This document shows positions 37,089 through 46,526 of a stretch of DNA of 64,000 nt, piece after piece. The DNA is taken from assembly GCA_045605125.1 (NCBI GenBank), contig JAZUPK010000036.1:4945-68944 (forward strand). The letters are read 5' to 3'. How positions within the stretch are numbered: the stretch's first letter is position 1; every line of letters starts with the position of its first letter. The notes beneath the pieces are model-generated. The model was not told where the DNA came from. It ran no database searches and saw only the letters and a list, made by a program, of their open reading frames with translations. This DNA is from Acutalibacteraceae bacterium (GTDB lineage: Bacteria; Bacillota; Clostridia; Oscillospirales; Acutalibacteraceae). The translations under genes and the position numbers were made by a program.

Positions 37089-38746
37089 TGGCATTTGATG
37101 GCGCATTTCTTCACAAAGTAATAGCCGAGCTTAAAGAGGCTATAGATTGTCATATTGATAAAATTTACCAACCCTCACGCGATGAGTTGGTTTTTTCCTT
37201 GCGCAAAAAAGGTTTCTCTAAAAAGCTTTTAATTTCGGCAAAAGCGGGTGCACAAAGAGTGCATTTTACCGAAAACAAATACGAAAACCCCGCTACACCG
37301 CCTATGTTTTGTATGCTTATGCGAAAGTATTTATCAGCAGCAAGACTTGTAGATATCACACAGCCTGATTTAGAACGTGTGGCAATTTTTATTTTTTCCA
37401 CCTCTAACGAAATGGGCGACATTGTAGAAATTAAATTAGTGTGTGAGCTTATAGGCGGTAAAGCAAATATTATTTTATTAAACGCCGATGGTAAGATTAT
37501 CGATGCACTCCGCCACAGCAGTGTGGAAGCAGGCGGCAGACTTATTTTACCAACCGCCACCTATACACTACCCGAAAAGATAGAAAAGTTAAACCCGTTA
37601 CTACTTTCCGCTAAGGAAATTGAACTAAATACCGAAAACCGCTCTCTATTATCGGCAGTTGAAGGCTTTTCTCCCCTTATCTGCCGCGAAATTGAAGAAT
37701 GTAACAATAAGGCCGCCGCTCTAGAAAAGATTTTAGGCGACATTAAAAGCAACAATACACCTGTTCTGCTTTATAATCCACAAGGAGAGCCGTTAGATTT
37801 TACCTATACCGAAATTAAACAGTACGGAAAAGAATATAAAAACACCGTTTTTGAAAGCTTCTCTGCACTTTTGGACGGCTTTTATACCGAAAAAGAAACT
37901 GCTAGCCGTATAAACACCGCCGCTCGTGACATTATTAAGCTTATAACAAGCCTTAAAAACCGTGCTGAAAAGCGCTTAGCTATGCGCCTTCAGGACCTTA
38001 AAAAGTGCGAAAACCGCGAAAATTTACGAATTTATGGTGAGCTTATTAAAGCAAATCTATTTAGTATTGAAAAAGGCGCTACCGTTGCGCGTGTACCCAA
38101 CTACTACAGCGAAAATATGGAAATAGTTTCTATTCCGCTTGATGCTTCACTTTCGCCCCAAAATAACGCAAATAAATACTTTAAAGAGTATAAAAAAACG
38201 TATACTGCCGAGCAAACCCTAAAAGAACTAACCCAAAAGGATAGTGAAGAAATAGTTTATTTAGAGTCGGTACTAGATAGTATTGAACGCTCGACATCCC
38301 TTTTTGATATTGCTCAAATACGCGAAGAATTAACCGAGGCTAAATATATAAAAAGCCAATTATCGCGTAAAAAACAAACCCAAAATACCAATACATTTAA
38401 AGAGTGTACATCCATAGAAGGCTATAAAATACTTATTGGCAAAAATAACCGCCAAAATGATTATTTAACAACAGTGCTTGCTTCAAAAACCGACCTATGG
38501 TTCCATGTTAAAAACATACCCGGCAGTCATGTTATAGTATTTTCGGGCGGTAATGTAGTATCAGAAGAAACTGTATTACAAGCTGCTTTACTGGCGGCAG
38601 AAAACTCAAAAGCTGCAAAATCTTCTAACGTAGCGGTAGATTATACCCCAATAAAGTATGTTAAGAAACCAAACGGTGCAAAACCCGGTATGGTAATATA
38701 CACTACAAATAAAACGGTTTATGTAACACCGAAGGGAGTAAATTAA
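37088..38746 (+). CDS. rqcH: ribosome quality control protein RqcH (NFACT / fibronectin-binding protein A family)
   Basis: NFACT-N start MAFDGAFL. Central coiled coil. NFACT-R block WFHVKNIPGSHVIV. Confidence 0.85.
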   Translation: MAFDGAFLHKVIAELKEAIDCHIDKIYQPSRDELVFSLRKKGFSKKLLISAKAGAQRVHFTENKYENPATPPMFCMLMRKYLSAARLVDITQPDLERVAIFIFSTSNEMGDIVEIKLVCELIGGKANIILLNADGKIIDALRHSSVEAGGRLILPTATYTLPEKIEKLNPLLLSAKEIELNTENRSLLSAVEGFSPLICREIEECNNKAAALEKILGDIKSNNTPVLLYNPQGEPLDFTYTEIKQYGKEYKNTVFESFSALLDGFYTEKETASRINTAARDIIKLITSLKNRAEKRLAMRLQDLKKCENRENLRIYGELIKANLFSIEKGATVARVPNYYSENMEIVSIPLDASLSPQNNANKYFKEYKKTYTAEQTLKELTQKDSEEIVYLESVLDSIERSTSLFDIAQIREELTEAKYIKSQLSRKKQTQNTNTFKECTSIEGYKILIGKNNRQNDYLTTVLASKTDLWFHVKNIPGSHVIVFSGGNVVSEETVLQAALLAAENSKAAKSSNVAVDYTPIKYVKKPNGAKPGMVIYTTNKTVYVTPKGVN

Positions 38747-38747
38747 A

Positions 38748-39524
38748 ATGAAAATAGGCGTTTCTACCGCATCCCTTTACCCAAACCTAACCGAAGTAGC
38801 CCTTGAAACCATAGGTAAATCAGGGGTTAAAACCTGTGAAATATTTTTCAATTGTGAAAGCGAGCTTAAACCAGAGTTCATAAAAGTGCTTCTTGATATC
38901 AAAAATCGGTATGATATGGATATCACGGCAATTCACCCAACAAACTCACTAGCGGAATCGTTTATGATTTTTTCAGAGTACGAAAGGCGTTTTTATGAAT
39001 CACTTGACAAATTTGCAAGATATTCCGAGGTTGCCGCAACTTTGGGTGCAAAATATATAAACCTACACGGCGGAAAGCCTAACGGACTTACAAGCGACTA
39101 CGAATACTGCGAGAGGTACATGGCACTAAATCGTGAAACCCAAAAAAACGGAGTCGCTGTCTTACAGGAAAATGTTGTAGGATACCGTTCGGGCAATATT
39201 GATTTTTTACGCAGTATTCGTGATATTTTAGGTGCTGATGCACAGTTTTGCTTTGATATCAAACAATCTATACGCTGTGGATATAACCCTATAGATTTAA
39301 TAAACGAATTTTACAAAAATATACGCCATTTTCATATAAGCGACCACACTATAAACTCAGATTGTCTTTTACCCTTTAATGGCAATTTCGATTTCAAAAG
39401 TTTTTTTGAAAAGCTGAAAATCAAAAATTTTACCGGCGCTTGCGTTATTGAGGTTTATAAAAATGCTTATAAAAATCCTTCCGAAATTTTTGATTCTTAT
39501 AAAAAACTGAAAAAATTATTATAA
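38748..39524 (+). CDS. sugar phosphate isomerase/epimerase (xylose isomerase-like TIM barrel)
   Basis: Size and pattern (IGVSTAS..., YINLHGG, ENV.., H.SD) fit the AP endonuclease 2 / TIM-barrel family. Confidence 0.55.
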   Translation: MKIGVSTASLYPNLTEVALETIGKSGVKTCEIFFNCESELKPEFIKVLLDIKNRYDMDITAIHPTNSLAESFMIFSEYERRFYESLDKFARYSEVAATLGAKYINLHGGKPNGLTSDYEYCERYMALNRETQKNGVAVLQENVVGYRSGNIDFLRSIRDILGADAQFCFDIKQSIRCGYNPIDLINEFYKNIRHFHISDHTINSDCLLPFNGNFDFKSFFEKLKIKNFTGACVIEVYKNAYKNPSEIFDSYKKLKKLL

Positions 39525-39530
39525 AATGTG

Positions 39531-39559
39531 TTGATTTATTATAGTTTTTAAGATATAAT
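39531..39559 (+). promoter_or_regulatory. sigma-A-type promoter candidate for the Wzz/BY-kinase genes
   Basis: TTGATT (39531-36), 17-nt spacer, TATAAT (39554-59). Confidence 0.5.
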
Positions 39560-39608
39560 ATAAGATGGACTGTTATTAAACTGTATGATTTGAGAAAAGA
39601 GGGCTATT

Positions 39609-40370
39609 GTGAACGAATTTTCTATTTACCATATTTTTCGCTTGGTTGTGAAAAACTTTTTAGTTATTTTCCTTTGTGCAATTCTTTTGGGTGTTGCAAC
39701 ATTTTGCTATTGCGAATTTAAGCTTGAAGAGCGTTATTCCGCTTCAGGCTCAATTATCGTTACTAACGGTGGTATGCTTGAAGAATTACCAAGCGACTCT
39801 CAATATGTAGGCGGCGATAAAATTAACAACTCTGATATTACCGCTTCCATAAATATGTTAAACACCGTTAAAGACTTACTTTCATCTAAAGACAGTATCT
39901 ATAAAAAGCTTTCCGACAAACTTGATGGTAAATATTCTGCCGCACAGCTTAAAAGATTAGTTACAATCTCAACGCGTGATGATTATTCGCTTTTTATTGA
40001 TATAAAATTCGAATTAAACGACGAAACAGAAGTTGTAAAAATTACCAATATGTTCTTAGAGTTAACTCCCGATGGTATAAAAGATGTTCTACCGTACTCG
40101 CGTACAAGTATAGTAACACTTAGCACCGGCGCTAGGAAAACATATCCCCGCACCCTTTCTTCAACTGCTATTGCAATGATAATAGGCGCACTTTTAGCCT
40201 TTGTTGTATTTTATATCATTTCCTTGTTCAACACTACAATTAAGTCTGAAGAAGACTTTAAGGAAAGATACAATATCCCTGTTGTAGGCGATATACCCGA
40301 CTTTGCTACTGCTAAATCAGGTAAGTATGCAAAATCCTATTATAAAGGAGGTAGTTATTATGGCAATTAA
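39609..40370 (+). CDS. Wzz-like polysaccharide chain-length determinant / tyrosine kinase modulator
   Basis: TM helix at each end with a periplasmic-type loop between. Tyr-rich tail AKSYYKGGSYYGN. Followed by a BY-kinase gene. Confidence 0.75.
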   Translation: MNEFSIYHIFRLVVKNFLVIFLCAILLGVATFCYCEFKLEERYSASGSIIVTNGGMLEELPSDSQYVGGDKINNSDITASINMLNTVKDLLSSKDSIYKKLSDKLDGKYSAAQLKRLVTISTRDDYSLFIDIKFELNDETEVVKITNMFLELTPDGIKDVLPYSRTSIVTLSTGARKTYPRTLSSTAIAMIIGALLAFVVFYIISLFNTTIKSEEDFKERYNIPVVGDIPDFATAKSGKYAKSYYKGGSYYGN

Positions 40371-41070
40371 AGCATTGAAAAATTCTTCTGGCGAAAAGGT
40401 TATAAACGCCGAATCTAGCAGAACCCCTTTTGCGGTTGTAGAATCATATAAAAACCTTCGCACAAATTTAATTTCAATCTTAGCAAAAACAGACGGTAAA
40501 ATTTTAGCAGTTACCAGTCCAAACGCTGCCGAAGGTAAATCCACTACTTCTTTAAATATTGCAATAACCCTTTCACAATTAAATAAAAAAGTTGTTATAT
40601 TGGATACCGACTCTCGCAAGCCGTCCATTCACAAAAAAGTTAAAATTGCCAATGAAACAGGCTGTATGGACTATCTTTTAGGCAACAATAGTTTAGACCA
40701 AATAACTATAAATTATAACCCATATTTAGACATAATTACTTCAGGCTCTAAGGTTAAAAACCCGGCCGAATTATTTAGTAGCGTTAAGTTCAAGGAGCTT
40801 TTGGAAGAATTAGAAGAGCATTATGATTTTATTGTGCTTGATACTCCACCTATCAACCTTGTATCAGACGTTTTGATAATTGCTCAACAATGCGATGCGG
40901 TTGTAATGGTTCTTCGTGCCAATACAACCAAGTATGAAGCCTTTGAAGCCGCCTACGATAGCCTTAAGGTTTTGGATATTGAACTCGACGGCATTATAAT
41001 TAACGGCTCAGGCGGTAAGGGCAGTTATAGATCTTATAAATCCTACGCTTCTTATAAAGAAAACAAATAA
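40360..41070 (+). CDS. CpsD/CapB-family protein tyrosine kinase (BY-kinase)
   Basis: ATG at 40360 follows AAAGGAGG. Walker A SPNAAEGKSTTS, A' ILDTDSRKP, B FIVLDTPP. C-terminal Tyr cluster YRSYKSYASYK. Confidence 0.85.
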   Translation: MAIKALKNSSGEKVINAESSRTPFAVVESYKNLRTNLISILAKTDGKILAVTSPNAAEGKSTTSLNIAITLSQLNKKVVILDTDSRKPSIHKKVKIANETGCMDYLLGNNSLDQITINYNPYLDIITSGSKVKNPAELFSSVKFKELLEELEEHYDFIVLDTPPINLVSDVLIIAQQCDAVVMVLRANTTKYEAFEAAYDSLKVLDIELDGIIINGSGGKGSYRSYKSYASYKENK

Positions 41071-41081
41071 TTTACTAAATT

Positions 41082-41107
41082 AACGGGAGATGCACTCTCC
41101 CGTTTTT
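41082..41107 (+). terminator. intrinsic terminator after the BY-kinase gene
   Basis: AACGGGAGA-TGCAC-TCTCCCGTT stem-loop followed by TTT. Confidence 0.75.
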
Positions 41108-41135
41108 AAATATCTAAAGTCTAGGAGGTGGCAAA

Positions 41136-41858
41136 ATGTATCTTGATATCCATTCACATATTTTATGTGATATTGACGATGGCGCAGAAGATTTATCGAT
41201 ATCTTTGGCGCTTTTAAGCGATGTTTACAATCAAGGCATTACCGATATTGTAGCCACTCCCCACTTCATACCAACTTCCGATAATTTAGAAGAATTTTTA
41301 GAAGACCGACAAAACAGTTTTCTCAAACTGAAAGAAGCTTTAAAAGATACACCCCACCCTAATATTTATTTAGGCTGTGAACTATACTATTATAGTGGTT
41401 TAAGCTATGCTTCCTCTTTAGAAAGCTTTACTATAGAAAACTCTAAATATATTCTTTTAGAACCGAATTACGAGCTTTTAAATGATAAATTTTTAGCTGA
41501 AATTTTACGCTTTAGAAAATTAGGCTTTGAGCCTATACTCGCTCATATTGAGCGTTATAAAAACGCCAAAGGCTTTAGAAAGCTTATTAAATTTATAAAA
41601 GCAAACCACATTTTAACCCAAGTTAATGCTACCGCGTTTTATAATAAAAAATACACAAGGCTAATTAAAAAGCTTTTTAAGGAAGACCTTATTACCTTTG
41701 TCGCTTCTGATACACATTCTATAGATGTGCGTCCACCTATGGTAGGGGGTGCTTTTGAAATAATCGAAGCCGATTACGGTAAGGAATATGTAAATAAACT
41801 AATCGATAATTCGCAAAAGTTACTTTCAAAAATTGCTAAAAAGGAAAATGCAGTATGA
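41136..41858 (+). CDS. PHP-family protein tyrosine phosphatase (CpsB/YwqE-like)
   Basis: DIHSHILCDIDDG N-terminal metal-binding motif. TPH, AHIERY and SDTHS motifs. Confidence 0.85.
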   Translation: MYLDIHSHILCDIDDGAEDLSISLALLSDVYNQGITDIVATPHFIPTSDNLEEFLEDRQNSFLKLKEALKDTPHPNIYLGCELYYYSGLSYASSLESFTIENSKYILLEPNYELLNDKFLAEILRFRKLGFEPILAHIERYKNAKGFRKLIKFIKANHILTQVNATAFYNKKYTRLIKKLFKEDLITFVASDTHSIDVRPPMVGGAFEIIEADYGKEYVNKLIDNSQKLLSKIAKKENAV

Positions 41859-42676
41859 TTTCACATACACTTGATATAAATAATAAAGACGGTGTTATGT
41901 ACATTACATTCCCAAGATTTGAAAAAACGGGGCTTGTAAACCTTTTGTTTTCTACCCGTATTGGCGGTGTGAGTGACGGTATGTGGTCTAGTATGAACCT
42001 AAGCTTCAACCGTGGCGACAAACGTGAACACGTTTTAGAAAACTATAGGCTTTTGTGTGGTTGTAAGGGTATTGATATAAATAATCTCGTACTGAGTAAG
42101 CAAACCCATACGAGCAATGTTAAAACCGTTACCAAGGCTGACTGCGGTACAGGTATTTTTAAAGAGAGTTTTTGCGATATTGATGGGCTTGTAACCAATC
42201 AAAAAGGTGTAGCCCTTGTAACCCAGTATGCAGACTGTACTCCCCTTGTATTTTTGGATACAAAAAATAAGGTAATAGCCACATCTCACGCAGGTTGGCG
42301 CGGCACAGTAAAAGAAATTGGCAAAAAAACCGTAGAAAAAATGGTAAATGAGTTTGGCTCTGACCCTAATGATATAATAGTAGGTATTGGCCCTTGTATT
42401 AAGGAGTGCTGCTACGAGGTTGATGACCCTGTTTATAACGAATTTTTAAAGCTTTCATACCTTGATTTAAGCAAGATTTTCACAAAAAAAGAAAATGGAC
42501 ACTATATGCTTAATTTGGTAGAGGCCAACAAACAAATTTTAATAAATGCCGGTATACCTGACAGTAATTTTGATTTATCGGATATATGTACTTGCTGTAA
42601 TGCGGATAAAATGCATTCTCACCGTAAGACTAAAGGCGAGCGCGGAAACTTAGCGCTTATAATAGAATTAAAGTAA
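41855..42676 (+). CDS. pgeF: peptidoglycan editing factor PgeF (YfiH / DUF152 family)
   Basis: QTHTSNV, YADCTPLVF and SHAGWRGT motifs. Confidence 0.85.
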   Translation: MISHTLDINNKDGVMYITFPRFEKTGLVNLLFSTRIGGVSDGMWSSMNLSFNRGDKREHVLENYRLLCGCKGIDINNLVLSKQTHTSNVKTVTKADCGTGIFKESFCDIDGLVTNQKGVALVTQYADCTPLVFLDTKNKVIATSHAGWRGTVKEIGKKTVEKMVNEFGSDPNDIIVGIGPCIKECCYEVDDPVYNEFLKLSYLDLSKIFTKKENGHYMLNLVEANKQILINAGIPDSNFDLSDICTCCNADKMHSHRKTKGERGNLALIIELK

Positions 42677-42677
42677 A

Positions 42678-42710
42678 AATCAAGGAACAAAGATGTTCCT
42701 TGATTTTTTT
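42678..42710. terminator. bidirectional intrinsic terminator (overlaps last codons of the gerB-like gene)
   Basis: AATCAAGGAAC-AAAGAT-GTTCCTTGATT stem-loop followed by a T-run. Confidence 0.75.
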
Positions 42711-43504
42711 ATTACGAATATTCCTACTGCGCATTTTGTAATAGATGTGGCTGAATACACAAAGTATAAAAAGCCGTCTAAACGAGTAAAAAGATTGCCA
42801 AAGGTTACCGTACTGCCAGCCATGGAATACGGGTAACTAAGCGAGCCTGCAAATTTTATACCAAAAAGCAAAACTGAGTTTAAAATAGTTATTGCCAGGC
42901 ATAAAATTCCCAGTGTTATCCCACCTAACAAAACGCTTTTTTTAAACCCTTCTTGTCTAGCAAAAACACCTAATAGAAATGCCGAAATTATAATGCTTTT
43001 AAAATAAAAAACGCTTTGTGATAATACGGTATCAAATGGGGGTAATTTGTATATAAAAATATTTTTAAATTCAAAATCTTTAAAGGTTGATAAAAAGAAA
43101 AATATAACTACCGCTAAAGATAAAATACCGCAAATTAGTGAAAATTTAAAAAGAGTATCTACCTTTTTTAACCCTAAATATACCAATATCAAAACGAAAG
43201 GTAAAAGTATATAAAAACGGGGCGTTTTTGGAAGTAAATTAGCACTTATAAATTTTATAAAGCTTATAAATGTATCTCCTATAGTAAATAAACAAAGCGC
43301 AAATAAAGGCAACGCCGTAAGCTTATTTATAGGTATTAAGTAGGCAAAAAAGGCGAAAATCAAAGATAAAAACCCACAAATTAAAAATACCAAAAAATTA
43401 TATTTATCAGCTGTTTTTGCGGGTGCTGTAATACAAGCATTACCTAGAACAAAAAGTAACGATAACATTAAAAAATGTTTACTGTAAAATTCCTTAAGCG
43501 CCAC
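42680..43504 (-). CDS. GerAB-like spore germination permease subunit (short, 274 aa)
   Basis: Polytopic membrane protein encoded last in an A-C-B germinant-receptor operon. Assignment rests mostly on context. Confidence 0.5.
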   Translation of the reverse strand: MALKEFYSKHFLMLSLLFVLGNACITAPAKTADKYNFLVFLICGFLSLIFAFFAYLIPINKLTALPLFALCLFTIGDTFISFIKFISANLLPKTPRFYILLPFVLILVYLGLKKVDTLFKFSLICGILSLAVVIFFFLSTFKDFEFKNIFIYKLPPFDTVLSQSVFYFKSIIISAFLLGVFARQEGFKKSVLLGGITLGILCLAITILNSVLLFGIKFAGSLSYPYSMAGSTVTFGNLFTRLDGFLYFVYSATSITKCAVGIFVIKKSRNIFVP

Positions 43505-44048
43505 CTAACATCAGTCCTCCGTTATTTATACTAAGGCTTGGCAAAGTGGTATTATATCCCTTATTCACAAACTCGAATAAGCGATTTTTATAGTTTTTAT
43601 TTTGTTCTAAAAGCCCCATAATATCAAACCCTACCGTCAAAGAAGATACCGGCTTTACCGACAAAAGTTTCTCGGCATTTTCGGTTTTTATAAGAAAAGA
43701 TGAAAGTGTGATTTCTTCATTTTTTACGCAAAATCTTGCTATATCGCTTAATTCGTTTTGACTTATATTCTCCCCCATCACCAAAACACCGCAGTGAGAT
43801 AATAAAAGTGGTTGGGTGCATTGTTTTTTGATTTGGTTTATTGCGCCTTTTAGTGTGTTCCCTTCGCCCTTTAAAAGTTTAACCGTTTGCTTAGTATCTT
43901 CACTATTAATTATTACCGATTCGAAGCAGACTTTATAATTATCGTTCTGTTTATCAAACCCTATACTCGACACTAAATATTCAGGACCGCGTTTTTCACA
44001 ACCGCACAAAAATAAAACCAAAAGTAAACTTAAAAAAAACCTTTTCAT
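43494..44048 (-). CDS. GerAC-like germination lipoprotein (short, 184 aa)
   Basis: Lipobox LFLCGC. N-terminal EYLVSSIGFDK resembles the Ger(x)C N-domain. Lies between the A and B subunits. Confidence 0.5.
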   Translation of the reverse strand: MKRFFLSLLLVLFLCGCEKRGPEYLVSSIGFDKQNDNYKVCFESVIINSEDTKQTVKLLKGEGNTLKGAINQIKKQCTQPLLLSHCGVLVMGENISQNELSDIARFCVKNEEITLSSFLIKTENAEKLLSVKPVSSLTVGFDIMGLLEQNKNYKNRLFEFVNKGYNTTLPSLSINNGGLMLGGA

Positions 44049-45547
44049 TTATTTCTCCCTTTGCGAATAATATTGCGGTTGAATTGTGGGCGCTTATTCA
44101 TATTCCTCCACGAAGCCCTGAAAATGGTATCCTTAAACGACTGAAAACTTGCTTTTTTAAGAGAAATAGTATAATCGGTCGAATAAGAACTAATTGACAA
44201 AATATAAATGCTTAAAAACATAGCTCCAATAATATAACCATAAAGGCCTAAAAAAGCCGAAAGTAATACAAACACTATTCTTAAATAAAAAACTGCAGTT
44301 TTAAGGCGCGGCAGCATTAGTCCGGCTATACCCGAAAGAGCAACCGTAATCAAAATAGGCGAGCTTATAATCCTAGCTTCAACCGCTGCCTGCCCCACAA
44401 CCAGACCGCCCACAATGCTTAAAGCGTGCCCTAAGTTCTGGCTCATACGAATCCCTGCTTCCTTTAGTATTTCGAAAACAAGTATCATAATAATGCATTC
44501 ACTAACAGGGGTAAATGGTACCCCTCCACGTAGCTGCATTACCGAAATTGCAAATGATGTTGGTAAAAGTTGTCTATGAAAGGTAGAAATCGCAATAAAA
44601 ACCGCAGGTATGCTAATGCTTAAAAAAAAGCAAAAGTAGCGAAGACTTCTTTCGGCAGAAGATAGTAAAAAATTTTGGTAATAGTCTTCATCCGACTGAA
44701 AATTTTCCGAAAATAAATAAGGTATTGTAGCAACTATAGGCGTACCGTCTACTACTATTGCAATTCTGCCCTCAAGCAGTCTTGCTGCTACAATATCGGG
44801 ACGTTCGGTAGAGCCGCTTGTTTTAAATAGCGAAAACCTTTTACCGCTTATTTGCTCCACGATATAATTAGTGTCAAGTATTCCGTCAATATCAATTTTA
44901 TTGATTTTTTCTTTTATTTTATCTACAGTTTTTGAGTCTGCAAGCGTACCTAAATAACACACAAAAACCGCAGTAGACGTGCGCCTGCCAACCCTTAGCA
45001 TCTCTATACACAAATCGGGTGTTAAAAGCTTTCGCCTTAGCATTGCAAGATTCAAAAGTGCCGCTTCTTCAAAACCTTCACGCGGGCCCTGTAAAATTCG
45101 TTCTTCTTGAGGTTCTGTAATGCCGCGTGTACGAAAGCCTTTCACATCCATCATAAGCGCTTTTTCACTGCCATTTATAAGCAACAACGCCTCGCCGTAA
45201 AGAATACCCTGCAAAATTTCGGCTACATTTTTTACGCTTTTTACATCACGCACAAAAAGCATCCGTTTACCTATAAAATCGGCAATGTCACCGCTAATAT
45301 CATCAATTCCAACAGTTATAAGCGGACGGATAATCGCTTCGTTAATTTGCTCGGAATCGGTCATACCGTCCATATATACAAGCGCGCAATCAATTGAGTT
45401 TTCTCCGCACGCCGTTATTTCTTTAATGCGTAAAATAACATCCTTTTTAAAAATATCCTTAAAAAGCGAAATATCTTTTTTAAGGTTGCCGCTTAAATTA
45501 AAATTTTTATAATCCGAAATCTTACCCGCCATATTTTCACCACACAT
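44045..45547 (-). CDS. GerAA-family spore germination protein (A subunit)
   Basis: About 500 aa. Soluble N-terminal half with family-typical blocks (VYMDGMTDSEQINEAIIRPL, GPREGFEE), then a five-TM C-terminal half. ATG at 45532 is an alternative start. Confidence 0.8.
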   Translation of the reverse strand: MCGENMAGKISDYKNFNLSGNLKKDISLFKDIFKKDVILRIKEITACGENSIDCALVYMDGMTDSEQINEAIIRPLITVGIDDISGDIADFIGKRMLFVRDVKSVKNVAEILQGILYGEALLLINGSEKALMMDVKGFRTRGITEPQEERILQGPREGFEEAALLNLAMLRRKLLTPDLCIEMLRVGRRTSTAVFVCYLGTLADSKTVDKIKEKINKIDIDGILDTNYIVEQISGKRFSLFKTSGSTERPDIVAARLLEGRIAIVVDGTPIVATIPYLFSENFQSDEDYYQNFLLSSAERSLRYFCFFLSISIPAVFIAISTFHRQLLPTSFAISVMQLRGGVPFTPVSECIIMILVFEILKEAGIRMSQNLGHALSIVGGLVVGQAAVEARIISSPILITVALSGIAGLMLPRLKTAVFYLRIVFVLLSAFLGLYGYIIGAMFLSIYILSISSYSTDYTISLKKASFQSFKDTIFRASWRNMNKRPQFNRNIIRKGRNK

Positions 45548-45587
45548 TATTTTTAAATATTGTGTGCAAAAATCCCCTTAAAATGCA

Positions 45588-45613
45588 AACAACCTCCCAA
45601 ATGGGAGGTTGTT
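45588..45613 (-). terminator. intrinsic terminator after the VanY-like gene
   Basis: AACAACCTCCC-AAAT-GGGAGGTTGTT stem-loop. On the - strand it is followed by TGCATTTT. Confidence 0.65.
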
Positions 45614-45630
45614 AAATTATAGCTTCAAAA

Positions 45631-46518
45631 TTATTTCTTATACTCTACATATTCTTCTAAGCACATCTGGAGCTTATTAATTTCCTTTGCAGCATTTATA
45701 CCCACAAAGCGCCAATGCCAAGATTCATGTATAACGCCTGTTTTTTCCTGCTTGTCCTTACGGTAACGCATTATAAAGCCGTAGTTTTCTGCATTCTTTT
45801 CAAGCCATTTATATGCCTTTGTTTTTTCAAAAGAGGAATTAGCGCAGTTAATATCAAGCGCCAAGCCTGTGTTATGTTCACTCGTTCCCGGTCGTGCTAC
45901 AACAGTTGCAGCCTTGTCTTCTGCTTCACTCTCAGGCACACCGTTTGCAAGTTGCTTTTTAACCTGTCTTTCAAACAGCATTTTTTGCGTAGCATAAGAA
46001 CGGTATGGTGACCAAACGCCAATATCAATACCCTCTTCTCTCGCATCGTCAAGCATTGCCTTTAAATAGGGCCAAACATCTTTATCTATTTGTGTAAGCG
46101 AACCTTTTATATACTTTTGAGGTATATTGGTAAGATGCCCCTCGTAATCAAAGTCTTCGGGCAAAGGATTCCAACCGTTTACTAGGGTTAAATTACTGTA
46201 TGAAGCATCTAATCCGCTAGGTGTTTCTTGTGAACTTGTAATTTCACTTTCACTTGAAGCTGGCTCTTCGCTTTCGATGCTCGAAGTATCTGCACTGGAA
46301 GTTTCTGTGCTAGAGCTTTCTTCGCTTGACGTCACTTGGCTGGAAGTTTGTTCACTCGAAATAATTTGGCTGGAGCTTATCGTACCAGAGCCTGTGTCCT
46401 TATCACCGCTAACGGTTGAAATCACATATATAATCAAAGCCAAAACTGCAATTATAACCAAAGCGCATGCCGATAAAAATATATTTCTTTTTAAAATCGC
46501 TTTTTGTCTTTTATTCAT
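45631..46518 (-). CDS. VanY/M15B-family D-alanyl-D-alanine carboxypeptidase, membrane anchored, Ser-rich linker
   Basis: N-terminal TM helix. Ser/Thr/Glu low-complexity linker. Catalytic block ARPGTSEHNTGLALDI and ESWHWRF. Confidence 0.8.
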   Translation of the reverse strand: MNKRQKAILKRNIFLSACALVIIAVLALIIYVISTVSGDKDTGSGTISSSQIISSEQTSSQVTSSEESSSTETSSADTSSIESEEPASSESEITSSQETPSGLDASYSNLTLVNGWNPLPEDFDYEGHLTNIPQKYIKGSLTQIDKDVWPYLKAMLDDAREEGIDIGVWSPYRSYATQKMLFERQVKKQLANGVPESEAEDKAATVVARPGTSEHNTGLALDINCANSSFEKTKAYKWLEKNAENYGFIMRYRKDKQEKTGVIHESWHWRFVGINAAKEINKLQMCLEEYVEYKK

Positions 46519-46526
46519 AAAATCAC

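Noticed and set aside
46200-46400. Repetitive DNA in the VanY-like gene and the antisense ORF 46277-46543.
   Set aside because: It is a Ser/Thr/Glu low-complexity linker coding region with imperfect codon-level repeats. It is not a separate repeat element or gene.
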